Origin: Raillietiella orientalis
Taxonomy: Eukaryota
DNA: 64,000 nt
Assembly (NCBI GenBank): GCA_036172245.1
Contig: JAYWIR010000034.1
Coordinates: 620,001-684,000 of the forward strand
Direction of reading: 5' to 3'
Below are positions 51,141-63,439 of this stretch, in pieces (position 1 is the first letter of the stretch; every line of letters begins with the position of its first letter). The position numbers and the translations under genes are program-made. The notes beneath the pieces were generated by a model. That model saw nothing but the letters and a program-made list of their open reading frames with translations. It did not search any database and was not told the origin of the DNA.

Positions 51141-52130
51141 GGTGTTAGTGTTGAGCGTTAACGTATCCTTGCGGGTGATGAAAGCACAAGAGTCACACGA
51201 AATTTTCTTGCCATTGTCTCCTAGCAACAAAGTGAGGAGTGACCGTTCGAAACTGTTTTCTCTACAGGAACAGCTCAGCATCTCAAATACCGCTAAAAAT
51301 CTTCAGCCAAAATGAGAGCCAAATCTAATGCTAGGAACAGGGAGTCAAATGAAAAGATTACTCCTACTCTTTTGTCTGCATGTTTCTAACGCTAACCAGA
51401 GCGGCTGCTACCAAGTCTAGTGGAGGAACGTTTTGTTTTTAAAGAGTAAACCGAAAAAGCCTTCCAAAAAGGACCGTTTCTCTCTGAACAATCAGATGGA
51501 TGGAGCGTCACTTTGCAATCCGACTGCCTGCAAACGTGAACAAGTCGCACGTGCCCTTAGGACTCCAAGGCGTCACTGTGAGAGCTTTTCTTAGAATCTT
51601 CAGGATCCTGAAAGAACGACGAGGTACTAAGAGAGCAGAGCATATTTCAGAGTTAAGGAGAATTCATCAAGAAGAAAATGGTGCATTCCAATCATCATCC
51701 AACATCCTTGTGATATACACTGGAAGCATTGGTTGGGTCGCCGTCCATAATCCAGAAGCGAAGCAGATCAAGTACGCGGCCAGTATCCACGGCATCACTG
51801 CAAAGAACATGGCTTTGTTCATCATCAATTGTCTGAAGATGAAGAGACATGCTGATTGGGGAGATTTAATCCCTGTTTCGAGCATCGGATTTGGCTCTCT
51901 TCTACAGATAGGAAAACACTGATCGGTTCAGCTGAAGATGCATTATACGGGAAGGGCTGTAGATTTGAAGATCATTAGCAGTATTGGAGATGCCTGAGCT
52001 GTCCTTGTAGAGCAAACAGTTTCGAACGGTCACTCCTCACCTTTTTTCCAACGATGCTGGGAAACAATGACCAGCAAATGTCGTGTGTTCTCTTTTATCA
52101 TCGGCAAGCAAACGTTTGTGCCTAACACCA
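51141..52130. mobile_element. Foldback/TIR-bounded element: ~160-bp inverted repeats (51141-51305, 51966-52130)
   Basis: gtgaggagtgaccgttcgaaactgttttctctacaggaacagctcagcatctcaaatac vs the reverse complement of gtattggagatgcctgagctgtccttgtagagcaaacagtttcgaacggtcactcctcac; outer ends ggtgttag / ctaacacc. Confidence 0.75.
51500..51922 (+). CDS. Orphan 140-aa ORF of unknown function inside the inverted repeats
   Basis: Uninterrupted ATG..TGA ORF with globular-looking composition; no LINE motifs recognised. Confidence 0.3.
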   Translation: MERHFAIRLPANVNKSHVPLGLQGVTVRAFLRIFRILKERRGTKRAEHISELRRIHQEENGAFQSSSNILVIYTGSIGWVAVHNPEAKQIKYAASIHGITAKNMALFIINCLKMKRHADWGDLIPVSSIGFGSLLQIGKH

Positions 52131-54099
52131 ACCGCTTAACTCTCTGCTTGAATTTTAAAGACATCTTTGAAAACGATGCTCTTTATCACCAATTATGAGA
52201 CCGTGGCCGTACCATCAGACTCCCTGATGCCGTCATAGACGTGATGGCATCAGTCAAGTTTGTAAAATTCTGTTCTTCTGCGAAAAGCCATTTGACATCA
52301 CCGTTGTGTTTAGAATCATCTGGAAATGTCAGATTCAAGCAAGTGTTGGAAGAAATGGGAATGAGCTGATCACTAGGAAGGAGAAAACTACATCGAGGTA
52401 CATGTCAAGTACTCATGGTGGTATTAAATGTCGATTACATGAGCTGGTTGTCTTCGTCCACGTATTCTCTCCTGAGAACCTCCTTCCATCTCATTTAGAG
52501 AGGGAAGATGAACCAAACGCAGAAAATAATGGTTGAGAAACATAGAATATAGTTGGAAAACATCTCTCCTTGCACTTCTGTAATATCGCAGCTGGCAAGA
52601 AAGGTTTCCAAGAAAAAGCTACAATAAGGCTTCGATAAGACATTATGGAGGCGAGAGAATCCTGGGAGGTCTCATTCAGGATTCAGAGGAAGAGAAGCTG
52701 CATTCCTTCTTGCATCAGCTCACGAATTGTTTATTCATTCCATATAACAGCAGTCTGGATCTTCACGGTTTGATTTCCGTTAGTGCTGGTGTTTTCTTCG
52801 AGGTTCCTTGTATCCTTGCGTTCATGCGCAATTGCTATTATACTCATTCGCTCCTCCATCATTAATGGTTAGAGAAGATTAATGCAAGCATGCAGGGACC
52901 GGATAGAGACGGTAGGAGTATGAAAAACTTAGCTGCTGAAGAAGCGACAAAGTCTGATAAAATGATGTTCGAGCACAAACTCTCATTCATCTTTGCCTCG
53001 AGAGGGACATGAGCATCGTAACGCGAATCTTCAGCTCACACTCCTTGCAAGCATCCTTCGATTTGTCTTGCCGGCACAGTAGTGGAATAAGTGATCCCGG
53101 ATTCTTGACTGAAGTGGGTTTCAAAGGCATCCCAAATGGGGGAGGAGGTCGAAGAAGCAGGAAAGGTTGCACAAGAGAGAAGGATAGAGAACGAAAAAGG
53201 TAGAAGAGTCGAGTTGGATACGCGGAGGCAGGCGACACTTGAGGGAATCCTCAAACGATGACGATCCCTGATAGTTCGCCGCCACAAATCCTATTCCTTT
53301 TTCTCTTTTCTTTTTGAGAGATTGAGAAAGAGCCACTGATTCCGTTTCAAAGAATTGCGATCGTCTAAATGTGCCCTTTCGCTATGTTGGTCCAGCACTG
53401 TCTCTTTCCAGGAAGCGAAAATGCACGACTGCTCGCAGCAGTCTCCTTCATGACTGAGTTTTTGTCCAGAATTTGCTAATTAGGCACCAATTTTCCTCGG
53501 GTCGCTTTATTTGGTTCCTGGAAGTCGGAATAACAAGTCATCCAGTGCTACACACACTGCTAGGATGACCCAGAGTGTCGAAATGCAAGATTGAAGGAAA
53601 AAAGTCAGATGTCGTTGCAGGAATAATAAGGGGAAGGGCGACAGGAAAGTGTTCAGCGGAGCTAACACGACACTGCGAAATCTGTGAAGGGCTCTTCGGA
53701 ATCCGAAGAGGGATGGGATACCTTTCTTTGGCATTGACAGTGCCCTCGTAGAAACAAGAAGCAGAGAAATCTCTTGTTGATTCTTCTCATCTCTGCATGG
53801 CAGGCCATTCTTTTAAGATAAATAAAATCAACAACATACTAAGTTGGAGAGCACATGAGTGGAATGATGGAAGAATGTGGCATCCATCGGCTCGAGGCGA
53901 GAAGGTGTGAGTCTCACTGAGAATAACCAGGAAGACAACGGAGGATGAAGAGGGAGTGTCCATGAATTGATGAATGAATAGTGATGGATCCACTTACTAA
54001 GGATGTGCATTGGGTGGGCGTACGAGGGGAGAAACAAAGTCACTAACCTCTGCATCACTGCTTGCATCTTCCACTAACAGTAGTCAAATAAACGTCAAC

Positions 54100-54950
54100 T
54101 TTTATAGAAACTCTGAACATATGGGGCAAAGGTCAACCCGTTTCGTCAATTTCGCTAGCGCGGATAAGCCGGAGAGTATAATCAAACTTCCTCCTCATGG
54201 TGTGCTCCGGCACGTCACACCTTCCAGCGATGCGTTGGTAGCGCGGGACTTCTTCCGCTGATGCCGCGCGCCCTATGCTGGAGGGCAGGATTCGGCTACC
54301 CTCTGAGGTATCTGTCCTCCCTACTCATGGCCCATTCGTGGATATGCTGACGTTTTATAAACTTGAATTCCTGGTGGCTGGAAGCTCTGTAACACTGGAC
54401 TGCCACATTCGGAGTGCGACGATTGCAGGATCTCTTACGCAAACCGCTGGGAGATCTCCTGAAGGATCTTGCTGCAGCGCTGTCTGCCCTCTGGGCAAGA
54501 AATGACAGCAGACAGCCAGCGAAGTGGTAGTTCTCCTGCAACATTGCAGGAGTCGAAAAGTTCCTGAACGGCTGCAAGACGATAGAGTTGGTGAACGCCA
54601 CCACCCCTCATTTCCGGACAAAAGGACTCTTTCGATGGAGTCACCTGCTTGGAATGCCCCCGAAGAACTAATGGCAATTCTGTGTTCCCGTTTTAGTGGA
54701 AACAGGATGTTCTGCTGTTTCTGCACCAGGGATTCGAGTACAATCAACACAGGAACCTGGTTTCCGGGGGAGTTTCCTCCCCGGACTGTTCGAGGTGCGA
54801 GACGACGGAATGTTCCCGCATCTTTTCTTGGGCTACAGTGCCCTGCACGACTTGTGGAGGAGACTCGCTTCGGCTCCCCATCAGCCCCAGAACACTGCCA
54901 CGAACCTGCTGACGCTTCTTTACTGGAGGCGGACTGAGGAAAGACCCAGG
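54100..54950 (+). mobile_element. L1/Tx1-like 3' ORF2 fragment
   Basis: WKQDVLL at 54697 and DCSRCETTE..PHLFLGYSALHDLW; diverged homolog of 1021-1210. Confidence 0.75.
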
Positions 54951-55019
54951 TGCCCCGGGGCGTTCATTCTTCTTGCAGGAATCGATGGAGCCAAAAGGCT
55001 CACCGATTCCAATTATTAC

Positions 55020-56560
55020 ATTAGGGAAAAAGAGGGAGAGATGGCGGGGTACATCACCTACACAAAGGGAAAGGGGGATGAAACAAAATTCTAACAAAAA
55101 GAAAGCAAACTATAACAAACAATGAAGATTAGCAGGAAGATTAACAACAACAAAACAAAAACAAAATACTTAGGGGGAAGGGGAGGGATTACGTTTCATG
55201 ATGGGTGAGGCCTCTGCATCCATTGAAGGATGCCGGCGAGCTCCTCCTTCTCTCCTTCCAGGTGGGGCCACCTCAAAGCTATCTGCAGGAAGCGAATGGC
55301 GTGTAGGGCAGCTCACCCTTATCGCTCCGGCTTCTCTTGGCATCGCACTTCGCGGCGACGACACCGCGCACGCAGCACAGAGCTGCGATTGCGGCTGCGG
55401 GAGTCATGGCGTCTCTCGCGAAGAAGGGCCTCAAAGAGTCTCTGAGATCGTGCACGGGGTGCGGAAGGGACGCAGAGAAACTCCCACAGTTCCTGGAGGA
55501 CGACACATCGCACTATGATGTGGGGGGGAGTCTCCTTCTCTCCACACCTGGCACAGTTAAGCGATGCTCTTCCCCTCGTCCAGTGGTCCCGGCGGGCATT
55601 GCACGGAAGACCCCACTGCAGTATCAGCAGCGCCGATTGCTTCCACTTGAGAAGAAGCGGCTTTGCTCCCCGGGCTTATAGATAGATAAGCCCGGGGAGC
55701 ACTTCCAACTCTTCGGACTGAATGGAGAAGAGTTCGCCCCAACGTTCTAGTGCTTTGGAGATGGTTCTTGCTGTTGCCGCGTCAGCTGGCTGACGCGGAG
55801 TCCAACCAGCGATAGGCTTCCTGAGGGCCAAGATCTCGCAGGAAACCTCCCATTTCGCCAGTTGCAGGTGCCATGTACCTCAATAGCGGAGGGCACCGCT
55901 GCAGGGAATGGTGCGGCTGCTGGGTAGGCCAACAGTCAGCTCACTACCCACCGCCTCCAGTGTTCTTCCGCTGTTCTGAAACTCTTAGCAGCGGATAACT
56001 TTCGGCGGGGCCCGGGTGAGCTGGGCTCACTTTCTCAGTTTCTCCTGCCTCCAGGCCGGAATGTTCGCAGGGCGACGGCAAATCCACGTGTTCTCTCTCA
56101 CCAGAGCAGCGACACACCGGAGACGGAAGCCGCAAGATGGGATCCGGCGATGGTGATACGCAAACAGGGTTGCGAGTCCTTCGCCACCGACCGCCAGCCG
56201 GGAGAGCAAACGTTCAGAGGCGCACCAATGAATAACCCAGTTCTGTGCCACGAAGGTCAGTCTCCGGAAGTTCAGTTGAACTTCCATGCGCTCCAACGTC
56301 AGGAGTCAAGTCCTCCGTCGCGACGAGGAGCGCACAAGTCTTTTAATCGAACTAGGGACCTCCCATTGCCCTAGAGGGCTTTTCGAAGGTGGTCCTTCGT
56401 CCGTTTCATCATACCAGGGGTGGGAGGGGCAAACAAAAAGCATGAGTCGGAGGACAGGGTAAAGACGCTGTGATCGCGAGACTCTGTTGCATCCGCTCCA
56501 TAATGGCAGTCCTCCGTGTGCTAGAAGCAAGTTTGCGGAGAAAGGCCACCCAGCATAGCA
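55020..56560 (-). mobile_element. L1/Tx1-like 3' fragment
   Basis: GNGRSLVRLKDLCAPRRDGGL..LTLERMEVQLN; KETPPHIIVRCVVLQELW; T-rich UTR at 55020-55190. Confidence 0.8.
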
Positions 56561-56599
56561 GCAGCCCTCATTAGGGCAGTAGTAAGATGGCCTCATCTA

Positions 56600-56882
56600 C
56601 AAGAAGTTGCCGGGGAGATCACCATCATCCAGAGTCGCTGCTAAAAGTACAGGAATGTCTTACACCAAAGATCCTTGGCCCCACCCTTCCATCTTTTTTT
56701 ACGTATTTATTGTCCCCTCCCTTCGTTCCCTACTTTTTAGAAGCCAACCTGCGTGCCAGTGGTCATCCTTGAGAGCTTCTGTTTTTTTTTAGCATTTCTT
56801 GTTTTTTTGAAGGGATACTACTTCCTTCGGACTTGTAGTTCATTTTTTCAAAATAATAAGTGTCCCGGCATGATCGGGTTCT
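56600..56882 (+). mobile_element. L1/Tx1-like 3' UTR fragment
   Basis: Colinear with 1480-1683 (tttattgtcc…agaagcc..ctgc…gtggtcatc…cccggcatgatcggg). Confidence 0.7.
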
Positions 56883-57299
56883 AACCTCCTCATGAAAGCT
56901 TAGGGGTAGTCTTGTCACCAAGAGGGCATTCGAGTTCTTCCCATCCATTCGCAAATCTTTTCACTCTAAAGAAGTCGATTGATGAGGAGCTTAATCGAAG
57001 CAGACGAGTCTCTTCACGGTGTTGGGACAGTTATGAAAGCTGCTGAACGTGCAGCAATTACCAGCGTCACTGAGAAACGGTGGTGTTGTTCTGAAGCTAC
57101 TCCTGCGGAGTCGAGTGCGCCCGCTGGCCGCTCCTCTAACGGGAAGGAAATTCAGCATCCGTCTGTGCCCGATAGTTAGAGGATGTGAGCGGATATGCAC
57201 ACCACGATCCTGTTGGCAGACAAGTTGGGGTGTGCGGCTCCATCCACCACGTATTGCTCGACACTCACCTGTGACCATGGATGGACGACAAGAGCGAAC

Positions 57300-60115
57300 G
57301 CGGACCAGCATGTCGGACCACCTCAGGATCGAGATCGAGGTGAAGCCATCTCAGATCCGTCAGATTCCTAGGAAGGGGCCCAGGAACAAGGACCCGGTGG
57401 ATCGAGCACCTATCGGAAACCCGGAAGGAATTAGAGTTTTCCTCCACGCAGCGAGAGGCGGAGCGCACTGAGGATCCCATGCGTTTCTCTTCAGAGAGTG
57501 CCACCTCCCACAACTTCTGTCGAAGATCTTTGCCGAAGGTCAGGAGTTCAGCGGAGCCTTTCTTTGGGCCCTCCGGACCTTTGGTTCGAGTATCGGATGT
57601 CTGACTGAGTGCAATACGTTGGCGGAGAGCACACCTGGCAACCGGTCGCGGCAGGCCTGCCCAACTCCTGAGGGCCAGCCCGGCGGAACACGCATGCCGC
57701 GCAGAAGGAAAAATCCGCCCCTTCCTGCGCGCAAGCACACAGCCTCCTGGTGGGAACCGCGCCATGCAGCCCATCGATACCACGATACGCAGGTTGCCGG
57801 GGGGAGGCGTCCAGCCGGCTCGATGAGCCCTCCAGCGTTCACCACATGGTCACGCCAGGTCATTCACTAAGAATCAAAAAAACAAACAGGCAAATCGGGA
57901 ACGCAGTTGTTCTCCGAGACCACAAAGGGACGATCAGAGAGTAGGTTCACCGACACGCACGTTGGTTGAGGGAGTCCGGAGCTGGATGGAGAAGAACAAT
58001 GAATAGAGAAATCGAGAGAGGATGTTTGCTTGCCTTCAAAGGAGTAAACTATTCCACGAAATCAAGCGAAAAAGTTGGGATACATGACTAAGGCAATGTA
58101 CGTGGACACCGCTGAAAAGCTGAGAAGGCAGGGGTGAGCTCTGAGGATCCCAGTGCGCCACTCTTCGAGATCTAGCTGCGCTGAGGCATTTCCTACACGA
58201 AAATGGACAGACGCATTGGTGGAGGAAACAGGTAGGGAGGATTTTGATTAAGACAGCATGGATGAGCAGGAGGAAGGGACGAAGAGTAAAAAATGGGTGA
58301 CGCGTGCACGGTCAGCAAGGGGAGAAAAGCACCATCCGTCTTGCCGATAGTCCGTGTTCCAGCACCCATGGGCTACATTCCTCTGGCATTATGCAGCGCG
58401 ATCATAGCAAGAAAAGTGACCTCCTTTTTCTCCTAGCATGTCTCTTGCTCCAGGCGAGCTACCACGACTCTGCGAACGTGGCGCGGCATCGTCTTCATAG
58501 TGGCCGTAGATGCTCCCTGGAGAAGAAACAGACACCACTCACCAGGTCTACACCACGTCTCCAAAAAGTGGAGTTGGAGATCGGCCCGTTGCGGGACGGC
58601 AAGTTTTACTTTCAGGAACGGGCTGCGGTGTAGAACGCTTTCGCGGCCCTCCTTCTTCGCCCCCTACTTTTTGCTTTTCTCATCCCGTTCCATATCAAAA
58701 AGAGGACAAAAGGCCTCCTCAGAAAAGACCTGTGGGGAACTCTGTGGTTCCGCGTTCGTCTTGAAGACTCGTGCGCTCCACGCAGAGACGGTGGGCTCAG
58801 TCTTCTGACGTTGGAGCGCATGGAGCTCCAGTTCCAATTACGAAAGTTTGCCCTTGTGGCAAGATACTAGACAGCTCCATAGTGAGCCCCAACACGCCTC
58901 CTCGCCAATAGGGCAACCGGCTGCAACGGATTGACCTCGATTCTTGTGGCTAACGACCGCAGTCTGAACCACTGTGGTTTTCAGCTGCAACACCGCCCTG
59001 GTGAGATAAAATATATGGGTCTCCTGCGTCCCCGTGGACTGTACTACCTGGCTTCAGGAGTCAGTTTCCTCGTGGACAAAGATCAATGGCGCCAGCAATG
59101 TGGACTTCTCCTGCCTGCGCAGAGGCAGGTACTCTGGACAGTCCTTGCGGAAGATCGTTTCCAGCCCACGGAAACTTCTGTGGGCTTTATTCATTCCCCT
59201 TGCCCTAGTGCTGCCCTTACTCAAGAACGCTAGGAACAACCAAGAAGAGGCATCGTGGTAAGTGTCCTGCATTATTGATGGCAGGAAAAAACTCTTGAAG
59301 GCGTGGACATCTCAGGAGCTAGCGGACGCTGCAGCCCCCGCCTAAAGGACTTCTGCGCTGGGGCGAACTACTCGGCATACCTCCGAAGGAAGTGAAGTAG
59401 CCCCCAGCGCATTGGAACAATATCACCTCCCCTTGGATTGGCAGGAGACAGCGTTGCTTGTGTTGCATTGGGGACTCCTTTGCTTAACACGCCTCTTTCA
59501 CTGGACCCGTGGAAGTGTAGGTGCCAATTGTGCAGGGTGCGGAGAACGGGAAACCTCCCGCATCTAATCATCGAGTGTGTCTCCTTCCGTCCAATGTGAG
59601 ATCGACTGTCGTCGATTCTGAACATTCCGGTGGGCGACCTAAAGGTCATTTTCCGTCGCCTCCTGACACGGGACGCTTTTCCTGCAGCCGCGTGTGTAGC
59701 AGTTCTCTGCTGCATGCGCGGAATCCTGAACAAACGGACTGCGTCTAGGAGAATGAATGTCATTTACTGGGCAGCCATCTCCATGGAGAAGGCTTCCCGA
59801 TGGCGCCGGCTAAGGACATTACGATCGGCACTTGTCCGCATCCAAAGTCGGATGAGAGGACCCCTCCCGGCGATCCATGATCCCTTCCCTTTCCTCCCCT
59901 TTCCATAAAACATGCCCTCCCCTCGTGTTTTTGTTTTTTTGTGATTTTTCCCTTCCCCTTCTCCAGCGAAGAGGACCTCACCAGCGTGACAGCCGGTAAA
60001 CACAAGTGCTCAAGACAGGCAGAACCACGTGTCCTGCCTGAATGAACATAAAGACTTTATTATAAGATTTTACTCTGTTAAAATTTTAATAATAAATGCC
60101 CTAGCATATCCGGAT
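57300..60115 (+). mobile_element. Longer decayed L1/Tx1-like ORF2 + 3' UTR
   Basis: WQPVA (WRPI-like, 57637), HDTQVAGGR, LTLERMELQF (58805), Cys-rich segment ~59520, UTR, terminal aataaatgccctagcatatccgg. The 5' boundary is uncertain. Confidence 0.65.
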
Positions 60116-60699
60116 GAAAAACCTGTGCTATGATCTGTCCAGGTCTACTAGGGTTTCTGTTGGGTTTGAGAGGGTCGAAACAAACCTTTTCCATCCCAGA
60201 AGAAGGACACCACCGAGCTCCTGAGAGAGCGTAAGGGATGATTGAGATCCTTTCTCTCCCTGATGCGATTCGGAGAAGCACTCCATCTCCCTTAACGGCT
60301 CTGGTTTCAGGGGAAAAGGTTGGGCGTAAAAAGAGAGCCACGGTATGCTTCAGCGGAAGGGATGGAGCAGATCTGTCCAAGAAGACTCAGCGGACCACTA
60401 TCTGTTCTTCCTGGATCTCCTGGAATAATATCTGTTCTTCCTAAAATAATATTCCGCAGATTCTCGCGCTTCACGTGTCCATCCGTACAACCACTTGTAG
60501 GTTCGGTCGCTCCCACAACGCTCGATTGAGGGAACCCCACCTCATTCTGATCCTACAGGTCCGCTCCTCCACGCTGACATGCACGAAAGATCAACGGGCG
60601 TCAACAGTTCTTGGAAAGTCAGCGTCGCAGCACTGGATACCGGCAACGACGCTATGACCTCCATCTGCGAAGCGCCTCGCCTGTCCTAACAGAGAGAAC

Positions 60700-62070
60700 A
60701 AGAGCCAGCGTAGGCGGTCCGCGTTGCATGTTCGAATCGCCACATGGAAGATCGATGCTGAAGATAGGTGCGTCATGGGTTTCGAGTCCCCCTCACTGAA
60801 TGACGCTGATGGGCTCACAGACTTCGGGTGTGGCACGGGAATGACGTCTTTGTAAGCGTTGGAGACCGGGTACCCTGCTGAACAGACTGGGGTACCCTGT
60901 GTACCTGGAAGGAGCCTTTGAAGGATCCCGGAAAAGACACTCCGTGGTCCTTCTAGGAATCACGGAGCTTTGGAATTCCCCTCCAATTTGTGCCAGGCAC
61001 CTCAAGAGCCGTCGCGCTCACACAGTTCTTTAACACTGTTCCACGGCACCTAAGGGTGCGTGTAATTCTTGAAGATAGGGGGTACCCCGGGAAGGGACCA
61101 CCCTATGAATTCAGGAAGGGTTCCGGGGGAAGGAGTTCGTTCCTCACATTCTTGGTATGGGAACTCCGGAGGAAATCCTTGCTCTGGTTGTCTCTGAAAG
61201 TAACCCCGAAGAAAATCTTCCTTCCTTATTCTCTTCGGAGGGACTCCATAGGAGTTCGCTCATTTTTTTTCTTCAAAGGGAACCCGGAAAGGATCTTCTA
61301 TTAGGAATTTCTTCTCTAGAGGGAACTCCTGCAATGGAGCCGCTCCTGTTTACTCCTCCAACGAGAACCCCGAAGGGATGCTTACGAAATTTCCCAGAAG
61401 GACGCTTCTTGAAACTAGCGGGCTATTCTCTGCACTCTGTAGAGGTACCACATCTACTCCATGGTACGAGACGAAGGATCTTCCCCTAATGGGTAAGTCT
61501 GCTTCTTTGTACACCCGGAGGAGAACTACCCACTCCTTGATTCTGTTCCCTGGAAGGACTTGTGAGTCGACTCCCAATCCCGGACACTAATCAGGGGCAT
61601 CCGATTTTGACCGCTACCAGTGCCGCATCCGAATAAATGTAGGCCAACCAGAGTCATCTTGCAAGCGGAACCCATCTCTTGGTATCGATGCTTTTCGAGT
61701 ATTCGAACCGGCGCTGCCTGGTGCCACGAGCGGAGCCGCAATCACATGCCCTCCATCCTCCATCGAGTTTGTGGCATGGGGTCGACACCTTCCTTGGAAG
61801 ATTCCTCTCCAGTTTTCTGGAAGCGTGCTTCGGGGTTCTCTTAGGAGGCAACGGGAGGGAGGGCTTTGTTTTGGGTTCCCTTCCAAGGGTAAAGAGGAAT
61901 GAAGTCCATCTGCGGAGTCTTCGTGGATTGACAGGGTGTCCCCTTGGAGTTCCCCCCTCACTGGGTTACATGCACCTCGAATGGAATGACCAGGTTGAAG
62001 AATCTTGTGAGCTTCTGTGCCTCTGGGAGAGTAAATGCTTCTTGAGTTCTCATGAACCAAAGAAGAACTG
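60700..62070 (+). mobile_element. SINE copy 7 (head 60700-60840, remainder ~61780-62070), interrupted
   Basis: gttcgaatcgccacatggaagatcgatgctgaag…gtttcgagtccccc head; 3' body motifs cttcggggttctc, ttcccttccaagggtaaagaggaatg, catgcacctc. Confidence 0.65.
60995..61765 (-). mobile_element. SINE copy 8, nested antisense in copy 7
   Basis: Head (reverse complement) ccgctcgtggcacc…ggttcgaatac; array at 61110-61380; cttaacactg/agggtgcgtgtaa 3' body shared with 8725-8765. Confidence 0.8.
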
Positions 62071-63439
62071 AAAGCACCATTTAAAACACCTCCAGAATTT
62101 TATTTTTCTGTCAGTTAAGACCGATCAGACTGCAAGTGAGCTGACAAGAGAAAGACAGGGGTGTACAATTTCTTAGTCTTCATTCTTTTGGAAGTGATTA
62201 TTTTGTGATTAGGACGGATACTGTACTTGTTGGGCCTCTTCTTTCTAGGTACCTGTTCTCCCACCCAAAAATTGGATTCCCAGTTTTCAGAGATTCTGTT
62301 TGCTAATTTGGATAAGCGTGAAAGCAGCATCACTGCTAGCCGGGATGGAAAACTACGAATGAGCAATTCTCAAAGGCGCTGCATCATCTCAAGACATCCA
62401 TTATCATGTGCCACAGAAACTACATCTTCGGCTTACTGAAAATAGCTCTGGAATTATACAATTACATGATCCAGATCATCAGCAGCCTATAGATGTCTCT
62501 GTGTATCCATCTTTAGCTAACAAGCCTCGAATACAGTTCAAAGGAGTGAGCAGCAATCCCAAAAACTCATCTGGGGAAGATTTTGTGTTCCCAAATTTCA
62601 GCTCTTAGCCAAAAATACTAGCGAGGCGTTAATTTGCAGACTTCATCATCATGGTTTCAGCTGACCTGTTTTTCTGAACCTTGCCATCTCACATCAAAAT
62701 ACCTAGATTTCATCAGTAAGGTGCTGAGCATCATCAAAGCATATCGCATACAGATGGACCCAGTAAGAATGTTCTGCACATTCAGCATGTGCGGGTGCAG
62801 AGCAGCGGGAGGAGCACGTACTGCACAAACCTGCATTACGAGTCGACTAAATCCATACTGGGAGTGGAGAAGAAGGGTTCATGGATCAGAGAGCCACGGA
62901 GATTCAAGAAAACAGAGAAAAGAAGGCCTCGACTTCTTTCAAGGGTCAAGTGAGCGTCCACCTAGCAGAGAACGAGCAGGTGGACCTCGGTATTCTTAGA
63001 AAGAAAGCAAAAACCTCAAGTGTAGTCAGAGGCATCATCCCGTTTGAAAGTCAGAGGAGGGTTGGATTTCGCCTCATCATTCATTTGGAGGACCTTTGTT
63101 CACTGAAACAACAGAAGAATTAAAGGAGACCTTCTACAAAATCCCAGAAACAGGTCCACAGGCAGAAAATAGTAATACAGCACGTTTTCCACCTTCTTAC
63201 ACGGGAAGAAGAAAAAAGTACAGCTTTTCATACGGGATGCATGTTGTCCTCTGCATTGCCTGGACTGGGATATCACCGGGAAACTGGGAAAATCGCTAAC
63301 CCACAAACAGAGCTCAGAGCCAAGTGAATCGAGGACATAGAAAGAAAGCCGACGAGATGTTCCTTCCGAATTTCTGGAATGCAAGGTCAGTTTTCCATCA
63401 TCATCCGGTTGCGTCGGGTGCTTTCTGTTCCGAGCACAA

